Notes: generated by a model from the letters alone, not told the origin. DNA of 64,000 nucleotides from Alkalispirochaeta sp. (GCA_965601925.1 OZ271854.1:2496001-2560000); one strand, 5' to 3'; counted from the stretch's first letter, positions 28,754-38,376 are shown. A program made the numbers and translations.

Positions 28754-29314
28754 CTATATCGGCGTCTCGACGAGTGGGACACCGATCGTCTCCGCCAGTG
28801 TCCGCGGGAGGGCGAGGTCGTCTTGCCAACTGCGCACGCGCCGGATCTCGACGCGTACCCTACGGCCGTCGCGTGTCACGAGCGTATATCGAAGGAAGTG
28901 ACGGCGTAGCGCACGCGATACACGCCCGCCCGGGCTCATCGCCTCTTGAACGAAGGTGTCGTCGCTCGGCGGCGACTGCTCGCTTCCGGGAAGCGAGCCG
29001 GCACGGTAGTGCGTATACTCCACACATTCGATATCTTCAAAAGACCACCGCCGGCGCCGCGAGAGTGCGATAAGGCCGTGACGCGCGACAATCGTGCGTC
29101 GTGTCGGATCCAGTTCCCATTGCTCCTGATACAGCGCTCCCAGGATCAATACGGTCAGCGCTACCAACGGAATGACGGCGACCGACTCCCCGCCGCTCAT
29201 GCCCAAACCGAGCACGGCCGCCAGCAATCCGAATACGAGTCGAAAAACGATACCGAGTTCGAGAAATACACGACCGTCCGGCAGGGAACGTAGTCGAAGC
29301 GAGAGTTCGATCAT
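28754..29314 (-). CDS. Hypothetical membrane protein (2 TM plus beta-rich domain)
   Basis: Two hydrophobic helices followed by W.LD...R...RHG...WSFEDI.CV pattern; 4 nt downstream of the CBM48 gene. Confidence 0.65.
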   Translation of the reverse strand: MIELSLRLRSLPDGRVFLELGIVFRLVFGLLAAVLGLGMSGGESVAVIPLVALTVLILGALYQEQWELDPTRRTIVARHGLIALSRRRRWSFEDIECVEYTHYRAGSLPGSEQSPPSDDTFVQEAMSPGGRVSRALRRHFLRYTLVTRDGRRVRVEIRRVRSWQDDLALPRTLAETIGVPLVETPI

Positions 29315-29318
29315 CGGT

Positions 29319-30146
29319 TTAGCGAGGCACCACCACGATATTCGTCAGCGCATCGGTTTGTAGGTCTCGGGCGCGCTCCCGGTTAAACGAATCGAGCACG
29401 CGACGGCCGTTTATCATGAAGTAATAGTAGTGGCTTCCTTCCGATACGGGAAGACGGAGGGAGTAGAAGCCGTTCTCGTCCGGACCGGCAAGACGGTGCA
29501 TAAAAGGATCCCATCCGTTGAACGTGCCCACGACGTTAATTCTCGGATCGCGAATGCTCGTCACGCTCAGCTGTCGTCCGTCGATCGTCTCTATCGTCGG
29601 CGAGACGCGTATGTCGAACGAAAACATGAATGTGACCGTTCCGTCGTCGTGCACGATCGGCGACCGTTGCCTGTAGGGCGGCTGCTCACGCAGCGTAACA
29701 CGTCCGACCTCGACGCCGCGACCGTCGCGAATCATTTCGGGCGAATGCGGATCGACGAGCCACACCCCGTCGACGACCAGTCGATACTCCAGCTGTGACC
29801 ACTCGGTGTCGACGGGATACGCCAAATAGAACAGATCCCCGCGCCCCTCTCTTCGTCGTGCGGAGAAGACGTGCAGCTCACGGTACCCTTCGTGAGCAAA
29901 CGCCGCCGCCACATACCGCGCGTAGCGCGGTTGCTCAAAGGAGAATACGACCAGGTCGTCGAACACCCGCGGCGCCTGAGCCTCGGTTATACCCGCTACC
30001 TCCAGCCAACGATCCGCGCCGAAGGTGACGGTCTCGGGCGACCGACCCGCCTGCTGTGCGCCCACAAATGAGATGAACGGCGTGCTTGTGATGAGCAGGG
30101 TTGCGAGTAGCACCGGTTTCAGATTGCAGCATCGAATCGTGCCCAT
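29319..30146 (-). CDS. Exported glycogen-binding (CBM48/AMPK-like) domain protein
   Basis: Signal peptide; EYRLVVDGVWLVDP and VVGTFNGWDPF...LPVSEGSHYYYFMING..VLD tandem CBM48-like motifs. Confidence 0.8.
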   Translation of the reverse strand: MGTIRCCNLKPVLLATLLITSTPFISFVGAQQAGRSPETVTFGADRWLEVAGITEAQAPRVFDDLVVFSFEQPRYARYVAAAFAHEGYRELHVFSARRREGRGDLFYLAYPVDTEWSQLEYRLVVDGVWLVDPHSPEMIRDGRGVEVGRVTLREQPPYRQRSPIVHDDGTVTFMFSFDIRVSPTIETIDGRQLSVTSIRDPRINVVGTFNGWDPFMHRLAGPDENGFYSLRLPVSEGSHYYYFMINGRRVLDSFNRERARDLQTDALTNIVVVPR

Positions 30147-30222
30147 GTGTTACAGTGTATCGGAAGGAACGACGAACGGCTTTATTTGTGTTCGCCGTTT
30201 ACCGACATAGAATCAGAGGACT

Positions 30223-33200
30223 ATGCCGTCAACAGAGATCGTAGAGAAGATCCATGAACAACTCATCCCCCTCGGCGACGAGCCTGCCGTCGCCGCCGAG
30301 CGCGGCGAAATAGTCGAACCGCCGCCGCGTCCCAGTCAGGACTTAGACGACGATCTCTCGGCGCTTTTGGCGGATACCGATGTCGAGAGCGAGGCGATCT
30401 CTCAACAGCAACAACGCGATAGCGAGGAGCCCGGCGAGGAAGACTCGACCGAGCTGCTTTCCCGTCTGGACTCACTCTTTGACGATGAGGAGGCGAGCGG
30501 GGAACCGACCGTGGAGGACGCCCTCTCCGGCCTTGACTTGGGGGATGAAGATTTTCCCGCACCGGCTGATTTTTCGTTCGACCCCGACGCCGTCCCCGAC
30601 GAGTTGCCCGGCGATTTTGACGAGTCGCTGACCGACGAGCCGATTTCCGCGCGTGCGCCCGATGAGATGAGCGCCCCCGACGATGTATCGGCGATCGGCG
30701 ACTCCGATGAACTCGACGAACCGCTCGGCGAAGAGGACCGCACGGAGGAGCCTACGATCGAGGCGCCGTCCGGTCCGCTTTCCGGCGACGCCGACGATGC
30801 GCTCGCGTCGCTCGAGGGGACCGACGACGATATTTTGGCCGCCTTCGGCGAGGATATCGATGCGGATCCGCTCGCCGATTTGGCCGCACTAAGCGATGAG
30901 GCCGACCGGAACGACGCGGGCGATAGTGCCGCGAGCGGCGTCGATTTCGATACGGGCGACCTCGATGGAACGGCCGACTCCGGCGATGATGACCTTTTCG
31001 GCCTTGAGGACGCAACGATCGAAGGAGCTGACGAGCCGGAGGACTTCGGTGACGTACTCGGCGGAGATATCGATGGGATTGACGAGTCCGTGGGCGGCGG
31101 AGTATCCGACTCGGACTTTGACGTCGGAGACCTCGACGCGGCCGGAGAGACGGGCGAGTTCGACGAGTCGTCGGACCACGGGATATCCGACCCGGACCTC
31201 GATATCGATGCGTTCGGCGAGCCGTCCGACGCGGACCGAGATCTCGGCGGCGACGACGGCTCCGCTGAGGACGACGCGTCGCTCGGCGCTTTGGACGGAC
31301 CGGACGAGTTCGGCGACTTCCCGGCGGACGATTTCGGCGGGCCCGACGAGGAGCTATCCGAGTTCGATATCGACTCACTCGGCGAGACCGAGGAAGCCGG
31401 CGACGTCGATCTCTCGGCAACGGACGACGCCGCGCTTGACGGGTTGGACGGACTTGAGGAGTTCGGCGATGTCTCGGGTGTCGATATCGGCGAGAGCGAT
31501 GAGTTGCCGGGCGAAGAGCTGTCCGACTCGGACTTCGATATCGGCGGGCTCGATGATTTTGCCGTTTCAGGCGACGATAGTGCCGGCGAGGACACCGACG
31601 ACACCGGCGAGGACCGCTCTTCCGACGATGATGCGGCGTTCGAAGACCTCGGCGAGGTAGACGACAATTCACTCAGCGACAGCTTCGGATCGGACTTCGG
31701 CAGCCAAATGGACGAGGACTTCGGCGATGTAGAGCTCGACGAAGACGCGTCGACCGGCGCGGCGTTCTCGGATGCGGACGACGTCGACTTTTCATCCGAC
31801 GACGATTCGCTCGACGATCTGGACGCCCTCGACGAAGATGGGTTTAGCCTCGGCGATTTCGGCGAAGAGTTCGACATCCGCGAGGACTCCATCGATGAGT
31901 TTGCGGGGCTCGATTTCGAGACCGAGGGGATCGAGGAGGAGGGCGAAGCCGAGGAGGAGGCGTTACACGGTCCCGCCGGAGAGATCGATCGCGAGCTCTC
32001 CGACGAGGAGTTTCTCAGGCTTCGTAAAACCCTCTCCTCGCTTCCCCTCAACATCAAGATCGCTACCGAAGAGTGTATCGGCGAGGGTAAGGGGTCCGCG
32101 GAGAGCATCAATGAGCTCATCGACCTATTAATCGGCGGGGCCTCTCCCGTTAAGATCGCCGATCACGTCTCCAAGACGATCGGCAAGAAGCTCGAAGTTC
32201 CCCGAGGCTACCAGAAGCGAAGCGGGCTCGCCTTCGAGGAGGAGCAGCAGACGCTGCTCTACCGCTTTCAGCACGTCGTCCTGCCGATGCTGCGTACCGC
32301 GCTTCTCATCGGTCTCGCGACGGCCGTGGTGGGCCTGCTCGGCCATCGCTTCGTCTATCGACCGATTCACGCCGCTATACTCTACCAACGCGGCTACGAG
32401 TATGCGCTCGAGGATCGATATCAGTTGGCCAACGATACCTTTTTTCGCGCGTGGCAACTGCGGCCGCGAGATCGTTGGTTTACCGAGTACGCGGAGTTGT
32501 ACGTTGAGAAGAGGCAGTATCAACTCGCCGTGGAGAAGTACGACGAGCTCGTATTCGGCATGGACGAGGCGACGCGCGAGTTTCTGCGTCGGGCGGTCTC
32601 CGAGAGGCGTCTGATCGAGAGCGTGCCCGTCGGACCGCGGGAGCGCAGACAGATCTACGATCTTCTCAACGTCAATCGCGAGGCGATTCTCGACCATGGG
32701 GCGTTGCAGTCTGAGGTGTTGGCGAGTTATGAGCGCGCCGACGAGCTGTACTCGATCGTTCTTTTCGGCGACGAGTACGACTACGACGCTCTGTTGGCGC
32801 GAGGGGACAATTTCATGCGGTGGGCCGACGAGAACCCCGAGCGCTACGAGGATGCGCGTCTCGCCTACGCCGGACTGTTGGCGCGCTACGGCGATACCGA
32901 CGAGATTCTGATGCGTTTTCTACGGTACTTCGTGCGCACCGACAACGCCGAGCGGGTCGAAGAGCTCGTCGATCTGTTCGAGGAGCAGGCGCCGCAGGCC
33001 GAGGTCGACCCGGAGATATACGCCGGTGCGGCGGGCTATATGATGGATCGAGGCCGCGTCACGGGGATCAGAGAGATGCTCATACGCTCCTATCAGCGCG
33101 ATCCGCTCGTGCCGGAAGTGCACTATGAGTTGGCCCGCTACAGTCGGGTCGTGCAGGCCCCCATTCAGGAGCGCGAGGCTCTTGAAAACGCGCGGCAGGC

Positions 33201-34035
33201 CTTCGCGCTCGCCGAGCCGCTCTCGCCTCGACGCTTGATGCAGCAAATCGATACCGATATCCGAAGCGGCGAGTATTGGTACGAACGCGATGAGTTTTTG
33301 CAGGCGAGGGGCGACTTCGACGCCGCACGACGACGATACGAGACGGCGCGCGAGTCCGGTTTCATCTCCGCCGAGGCGCATTTGGCCCGCCTCTATGCAC
33401 GCCTGGCCGATTTGGAATATTTCCAGGGTGGCGACCTCGAGTACGCATTGGATCGCTACAATCGCGCCTCCGCCGAGGGGTACGAGACCGACGAGCTCAA
33501 TTATAAGCGCGGATTCATCCACTTCGTTGCGGGACGATTCGATCAGGCGGTCGACCGCTTCTACGACATCGGATCGTCCAACGCCTTGGTGGGGCCCGAC
33601 ACCGTCCTCTACGCGCGAGCAAATACGCTCTTTCTGCGAGAGAACTTCTTCGGCGCCGAGGCGTTCTATCGTGAGTTGCTCGATCGACTGGACGCCCAAC
33701 GTGACGCAATCCCGACCCTTCTGGTCGAGGAGAATCCGGCTCACCGCGCCGTCGTGGAGAATCTGATTCGCGTCAATAACAACCTCGGTGTGACCCTTTT
33801 TCAGATTTCCGAGCGCGACGTCACACAAGAGGAGCGCCTTTCGGAGGGGTTGAGCCTTCTCACCGAATCGGCGGAGCTGTCGGAAAACTATCTGCGCGAG
33901 GACGAGACGGGCGAACGGGCGGCGGCGACGAACCTGGCCTTTCTTAACATACGCGACATCCTTTATCCCGCCGGAGATTTCGAGCCGCGAATATATGAAC
34001 AGCTGCCGCGCGATATAGCCCAAGAGCTCTTTTGA
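30223..34035 (+). CDS. flcA: Periplasmic flagellar collar protein FlcA-like (acidic N-terminus, TM, TPR-rich C-terminus)
   Basis: About 590 aa Asp/Glu-rich region, then F..LRKTL..LPLNIKIA and VPRGYQKRSG, one TM helix and TPR-like helical domain ending NNNLGV..NLA..N; architecture matches spirochaete FlcA. Confidence 0.7.
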   Translation: MPSTEIVEKIHEQLIPLGDEPAVAAERGEIVEPPPRPSQDLDDDLSALLADTDVESEAISQQQQRDSEEPGEEDSTELLSRLDSLFDDEEASGEPTVEDALSGLDLGDEDFPAPADFSFDPDAVPDELPGDFDESLTDEPISARAPDEMSAPDDVSAIGDSDELDEPLGEEDRTEEPTIEAPSGPLSGDADDALASLEGTDDDILAAFGEDIDADPLADLAALSDEADRNDAGDSAASGVDFDTGDLDGTADSGDDDLFGLEDATIEGADEPEDFGDVLGGDIDGIDESVGGGVSDSDFDVGDLDAAGETGEFDESSDHGISDPDLDIDAFGEPSDADRDLGGDDGSAEDDASLGALDGPDEFGDFPADDFGGPDEELSEFDIDSLGETEEAGDVDLSATDDAALDGLDGLEEFGDVSGVDIGESDELPGEELSDSDFDIGGLDDFAVSGDDSAGEDTDDTGEDRSSDDDAAFEDLGEVDDNSLSDSFGSDFGSQMDEDFGDVELDEDASTGAAFSDADDVDFSSDDDSLDDLDALDEDGFSLGDFGEEFDIREDSIDEFAGLDFETEGIEEEGEAEEEALHGPAGEIDRELSDEEFLRLRKTLSSLPLNIKIATEECIGEGKGSAESINELIDLLIGGASPVKIADHVSKTIGKKLEVPRGYQKRSGLAFEEEQQTLLYRFQHVVLPMLRTALLIGLATAVVGLLGHRFVYRPIHAAILYQRGYEYALEDRYQLANDTFFRAWQLRPRDRWFTEYAELYVEKRQYQLAVEKYDELVFGMDEATREFLRRAVSERRLIESVPVGPRERRQIYDLLNVNREAILDHGALQSEVLASYERADELYSIVLFGDEYDYDALLARGDNFMRWADENPERYEDARLAYAGLLARYGDTDEILMRFLRYFVRTDNAERVEELVDLFEEQAPQAEVDPEIYAGAAGYMMDRGRVTGIREMLIRSYQRDPLVPEVHYELARYSRVVQAPIQEREALENARQAFALAEPLSPRRLMQQIDTDIRSGEYWYERDEFLQARGDFDAARRRYETARESGFISAEAHLARLYARLADLEYFQGGDLEYALDRYNRASAEGYETDELNYKRGFIHFVAGRFDQAVDRFYDIGSSNALVGPDTVLYARANTLFLRENFFGAEAFYRELLDRLDAQRDAIPTLLVEENPAHRAVVENLIRVNNNLGVTLFQISERDVTQEERLSEGLSLLTESAELSENYLREDETGERAAATNLAFLNIRDILYPAGDFEPRIYEQLPRDIAQELF

Positions 34036-34040
34036 CCCGC

Positions 34041-34065
34041 TGTGAGCATACGGTGTATGCTCACA
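34041..34065. terminator. Perfect 11-bp hairpin just after flcA
   Basis: TGTGAGCATAC-GGT-GTATGCTCACA followed by TCCTTTCC. Confidence 0.5.
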
Positions 34066-34233
34066 TCCTTTCCTAACACATGTATGGGGAAATACGCGCG
34101 ATACGGGCGCTCGGCATTCCGCCGAATGCGGGTGACGTATTACCGCAGAGGGCGACGGTGCGCAGCGCGACACGGTTCGGTCGGTGGCGGCGAACGTCGA
34201 TCTCATCTATAGTGGCGATATGGGAGGAGTCTC

Positions 34234-35385
34234 GTGGTAGATAATGTCGTTATTCTCGCCGGCGGTTCCGGTACACGTTTGTGGCCGGCGTCCATTCAGG
34301 ACCGACCGAAACAGTTTTTCGATCCCGGCACCGGACGGTCGCTCCTCCAGATGACGATAGAACGCGCAGCCGAGGTCGCTCCGAAGGCGACGGTCCTCAT
34401 CGTAACGCACGTCTCTCAGATGGAGCGCGTTCTCGACGATTGCCTCAAGCTCGGGAAGCTCCGCGAGCGGATTGTGATCCTTCCCGAACCGGAGATGCGC
34501 AATACCGCGCCGGCTCTCGCGTTTGCCGTCTCCTATCTTGCGGACAACGGTGCACTCGAGGAGACGTCTCTCGTTCTGCCGTCCGACCACCTGATCACCC
34601 CCGTAGACCTCTTTGCCGCCGACGTAGAGCGGGCCGACGCTTTGGCGCGCGAGGGACTTCTGGTCACGTTCGGCATTCAACCGACGCGTGCGGAGACCGG
34701 CTACGGATATATCGAGGCGGGGGAGACCCACGGTCAGGGTCACCTCGTGCGATCGTTTCGCGAGAAACCGGATGAAGAGACGGCGTTGCAGTACGTCGAG
34801 GACGGACACTTCCTATGGAACAGCGGAATGTTCGTCTTCCGCAACGCGGTCATTCGCGACGAGATAGCCGCCCATGAGCCGGCGATCGTCGCAACCTTCA
34901 AGGATTTGGAAACGTTGCCCTTTGAACAGCGACGTACCGCGCTCCCGGTGGTCAACCGCGAAGGGATCTCCATCGCCTGGAAGTCGGGCTATATCGATCA
35001 GCTGTACGCCAATCTACCCAAGATTTCGATCGACTACGCCGTCATGGAGCGCTCAAAACGCACGGCCGTCGTCGAGACCTCGTTCCGGTGGAACGATATC
35101 GGAAGCTGGGACGAGATGGCGCAGTTGACCGACGATGGTATCGTAGGAGATGTTGGGAATAACTCTTACACGCCCCGGGACGGTCGGCCCCGTCAACCGG
35201 CGGTGCAGATCGATTGTTCCGGCGCCTACGTGTACTCGGAGCTCCCGATTATTCTCTGCGGCGTTGAGGATATCTCGGTGGTCGTCAAGAACGGCCGCGT
35301 CCTCGTTGCGCAGCGGGGTAAAGGCCAACTCGTGAAAGACGCCATCGAGCAGCTGCGCGAGATGGGGCGCGAAGACGTCACGTAG
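34234..35385 (+). CDS. manC: Mannose-1-phosphate guanylyltransferase
   Basis: ILAGGSGTRLWP.S...PKQF, EPEMRNTAPA, LPSDH, ETGYGYI, FREKPD, WNSGMF, SIDYAVME, WNDIGSW; GGAGGAG RBS. Confidence 0.93.
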   Translation: MVDNVVILAGGSGTRLWPASIQDRPKQFFDPGTGRSLLQMTIERAAEVAPKATVLIVTHVSQMERVLDDCLKLGKLRERIVILPEPEMRNTAPALAFAVSYLADNGALEETSLVLPSDHLITPVDLFAADVERADALAREGLLVTFGIQPTRAETGYGYIEAGETHGQGHLVRSFREKPDEETALQYVEDGHFLWNSGMFVFRNAVIRDEIAAHEPAIVATFKDLETLPFEQRRTALPVVNREGISIAWKSGYIDQLYANLPKISIDYAVMERSKRTAVVETSFRWNDIGSWDEMAQLTDDGIVGDVGNNSYTPRDGRPRQPAVQIDCSGAYVYSELPIILCGVEDISVVVKNGRVLVAQRGKGQLVKDAIEQLREMGREDVT

Positions 35386-35429
35386 CGGGATGTGCGGCGC
35401 ATCGACGCGGCCAGATCCGAACCACCGAT

Positions 35430-36428
35430 CTATCGAGAGATCCAGCGGCGTAACACAGATGCGGTCTCCTGTGCGAGAATCCGGCTTAATCTATGCGCCG
35501 CTCCTTCGCCGCCGGTCGCGTCCGCGGCGGCCTCTTCCTCCTCGTCCACCGTCGCCATTACCGCCTCCCGCCGCCGTGCGAGGCGTACGAGTGGGCCGCG
35601 CATACCGCTCTGTTTATCGGCGACGAACAGCAGTGTCGAACGGATAAAACTCAACTCCTCGATCTCACCGGTCAGAATACGCACCCACGCCTTGACGTCC
35701 AAATCGCGCACCGGCGAATCGGACCGATGCGAGCCGCTTCCCTGTTGCTCCTCCAAAAACGCACTGTAGTTCCTGCGAATACTCTCGAAAATTTGTTTGA
35801 ATGTGCTCGCAAAAGTCTTTGAATACATCTCCAGGCGGTAGCTCGTCGCCTGTTCCTTGAGCTTGCGGTACGTCGCCGCCTCTTCGCGGTACTTCTGCAG
35901 TTGCAACAGGATGTTCTTGATCGCCGTGTTCATGCGTGCGCTCGGATCGGCGGCCAGAATCTCCTTGATATCACTCATGATTTCGTTGACGTCGCGAGCC
36001 GTAGTCGTATTCGTCTTTTCCTCCGCGGGTGTTCCGTTACCGGGAGCGACGCGTTCGCCGTCATCGAGCTGCTCTGAATGCGCCGGACCACTGAACGCAA
36101 GATCTCCGGAAAGTTGGCCCCTTTGACAACTCGATGCCAGGATCATCGCGGTCACGTGGCGCTCAAGATCGCCCAATCGTGCAAAGACCTCGCTGGAAAA
36201 CTCCGCCTCCGCAAGCTCGCTGAACAGGAATGCCAGCGCATGGCGCCGAAACTCGAATACACCGCCCTCAATCGCCCGTTCGAGCTCCGAGGCCGCTTTT
36301 CGCAGAACGGCCGCCGCCGCCTCGTCGTATCGCGACGAGGCGAGATACTCGTAGAGGTGCCGCGGGTGGCGCAGACGCTCGCGAATCTCGAACCATTCGC
36401 CGCTCGCTACCTGTTCCAGGCTCGCCAT
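35430..36428 (-). CDS. Hypothetical helical cytoplasmic protein
   Basis: 332-aa ORF filling the gap with normal codon usage and an upstream extended -10 box; no recognised motif. Confidence 0.7.
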   Translation of the reverse strand: MASLEQVASGEWFEIRERLRHPRHLYEYLASSRYDEAAAAVLRKAASELERAIEGGVFEFRRHALAFLFSELAEAEFSSEVFARLGDLERHVTAMILASSCQRGQLSGDLAFSGPAHSEQLDDGERVAPGNGTPAEEKTNTTTARDVNEIMSDIKEILAADPSARMNTAIKNILLQLQKYREEAATYRKLKEQATSYRLEMYSKTFASTFKQIFESIRRNYSAFLEEQQGSGSHRSDSPVRDLDVKAWVRILTGEIEELSFIRSTLLFVADKQSGMRGPLVRLARRREAVMATVDEEEEAAADATGGEGAAHRLSRILAQETASVLRRWISR

Positions 36429-36552
36429 GGCTATAGCATAACAGCAAAGCCTGTGCGGGACGAGAACGCATTTTCACTCCATGATTTACACCAATGGAAC
36501 ATCGAGACGTAAAAAACCGATTTTAAGAAGCGGATACTGATTTCGATATTTC

Positions 36553-36581
36553 TTGACAGCAAATTTTGCGGTTGATATACT
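36553..36581 (+). promoter_or_regulatory. Near-consensus sigma70 promoter
   Basis: TTGACA 36553-36558, 17 nt, TATACT 36576-36581, AT-rich upstream tract. Confidence 0.85.
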
Positions 36582-36658
36582 ACCCCGGAATCCTAAGATC
36601 AAGGGGTGGCAACGGGTCGTTGACCTTTAAGCCCCAACACATTGAGGAGGAATCTAAG

Positions 36659-37759
36659 ATGAGAAAACTTTCTCTGATTCTGCTCTCCCTGTTCATCGTG
36701 GCTGGTTTCGCGATGGCCGAGGAGATGAGCTACCCGGACGTAACGGTCAGCGGTAGCGTTCAACAAGCCTGGGGCTTCGGTGACAGCGCGTACAGCGATT
36801 TCGAGGGCGATACCAGCTCCGAGATTGACGTAGTATTCACCGCTATGGTAGATGCGGTTAACACTGCTGTCATCAAATTCGAGAATGGTCCCGTCGTTGT
36901 TGGTACGGACGGTTTGGAAGAGGAACTCGTTGAAATCGACGACGCATACTTCGACACCGATCTTGCTGCGGCGCTCGGTCTTGACGGTGTGATTCTCCAG
37001 ACTCGTGTCGGTTACTGGGCGGTGAACAACTTCAACGTAAGCACCGTGACGGGTCTTGAGTTTGAGAACGTCGTAGACGTCGACACCCAGTACTCCGCCA
37101 TCCAGTTTGAAGCCGGTCTTACCGACCTCTTCACTGCTCGGTTCGTCATCGCCCCCGGTGACGGCGATGCCATGGACGGTGTTGCCGCCGTTAAGGGTGG
37201 ATACGGTCCCATCACGGCTGAGGTTTTCTATTCCGACAAAGGTGGCCAAGAGCCCGGTTCTGGTGAGCTCGGCGTAGGCGTCGTTTTCTCCCAAGAGTTG
37301 GTTCCCGGCGTGGTCGATCTAAGCGCCGGTGCCGACTTTGCTTATGAGCTCGATGCCGCGGACGGCGCGTCCGATATCTTCTACGGTGTCGGCGCGAGCG
37401 CCGGTCTTCTCGGTGGCTTGAGCACCGTCGGTGTAAGCTTCAAAGGTCAGAGTGAAGCGGCTGCGGAAGCGCTCGGTTTCGATATTAACCTTGCTCCCGT
37501 ACCCTTCGCCGGTCTCGATATTGCAGTGGCTCTCGGACTGGACAGCGATCTCTATGATGAGACCCTCCAGTACTCTGAGTTCTCCGCATATCTGAAGCCT
37601 GGCGCGGCTGAGTTCCGTATCGGTTACGCGTTCTATGACGGCCCGAAGGTTGTCGACGCCGATGGTGACAGCTTGCTCTACGATGATTACAATGCCGGTG
37701 GTTTTATCTCCACCGCCGAGAGCGGCTTCATGTTCATCAACACCTCGGTCAGCTTCTAA
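36659..37759 (+). CDS. Probable abundant outer-membrane beta-barrel (porin/major sheath-like) protein
   Basis: GAGGAGG RBS, signal peptide MRKLSLILLSLFIVAGFAMA, amphipathic beta-strands, terminal FINTSVSF, GGT/GCT/CTT-rich codons, own strong promoter and terminator. Confidence 0.75.
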   Translation: MRKLSLILLSLFIVAGFAMAEEMSYPDVTVSGSVQQAWGFGDSAYSDFEGDTSSEIDVVFTAMVDAVNTAVIKFENGPVVVGTDGLEEELVEIDDAYFDTDLAAALGLDGVILQTRVGYWAVNNFNVSTVTGLEFENVVDVDTQYSAIQFEAGLTDLFTARFVIAPGDGDAMDGVAAVKGGYGPITAEVFYSDKGGQEPGSGELGVGVVFSQELVPGVVDLSAGADFAYELDAADGASDIFYGVGASAGLLGGLSTVGVSFKGQSEAAAEALGFDINLAPVPFAGLDIAVALGLDSDLYDETLQYSEFSAYLKPGAAEFRIGYAFYDGPKVVDADGDSLLYDDYNAGGFISTAESGFMFINTSVSF

Positions 37760-37786
37760 GCTGGTCTACGGTTAGTATGGATATGT

Positions 37787-37820
37787 AGGGCCATCCCCTT
37801 CGGGGGATGGCTCTTTTTTT
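37787..37820 (+). terminator. Rho-independent terminator
   Basis: AGGGCCATCCCC-TTCG-GGGGATGGCTCT followed by T run. Confidence 0.9.
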
Positions 37821-38376
37821 GTCTTTTTATGTGAGTTTGCGATTATCGTTCGATTGATCCATCTATTCTCTGTGTTTTTCAGGTGCGCGTATGGATGCTC
37901 AAACGGTGCCGTAAAAAGAAAGGGATTGGCACGGACGGTCTCTCCCGTCCGGTGTCGAAGCCTTAGTCCGGTGGAAACGCCGCCTTGTAAGCAATACGGG
38001 GTCCGTTCTCCCCCCACCAAACACCCACGGATGAGATTTTATTTCGATGCCTTTCGAGTTTTAAGTAAAGGAGTAACGAAGACTCACGGTCGTCTCGGTG
38101 ATTGCGAGTGTGTGAGCCCCATGCGTTTCTCTAAGATTAGTATCAACCGGGTTTTGATAGGCGAGATCATACATGACGAATACCGGTCAGTGGACCGGGC
38201 TGCCCGCACCTCCGGTGCGGGGTGGTGTGGCAGATCATGCTCAGCCACACTCGACAGATACTCGCAGGTACCATACACTTATCATCCCACCTTGGAAGCC
38301 CATTTGTGAAATGACGTTTTCTTGTGGGGTAATTTGGTTTGGAAGGGGGGCCCGGGCGACCCCGGGCCGGAGTTGC

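Noticed and set aside
30402..32120. 572-aa Ser-rich ORF
   Set aside because: Reverse complement of the GAC/GAG-rich acidic arm of flcA
37926..37945. sigma54 promoter (TGGCACG)
   Set aside because: Lacks the TTGC -12 element at the required spacing
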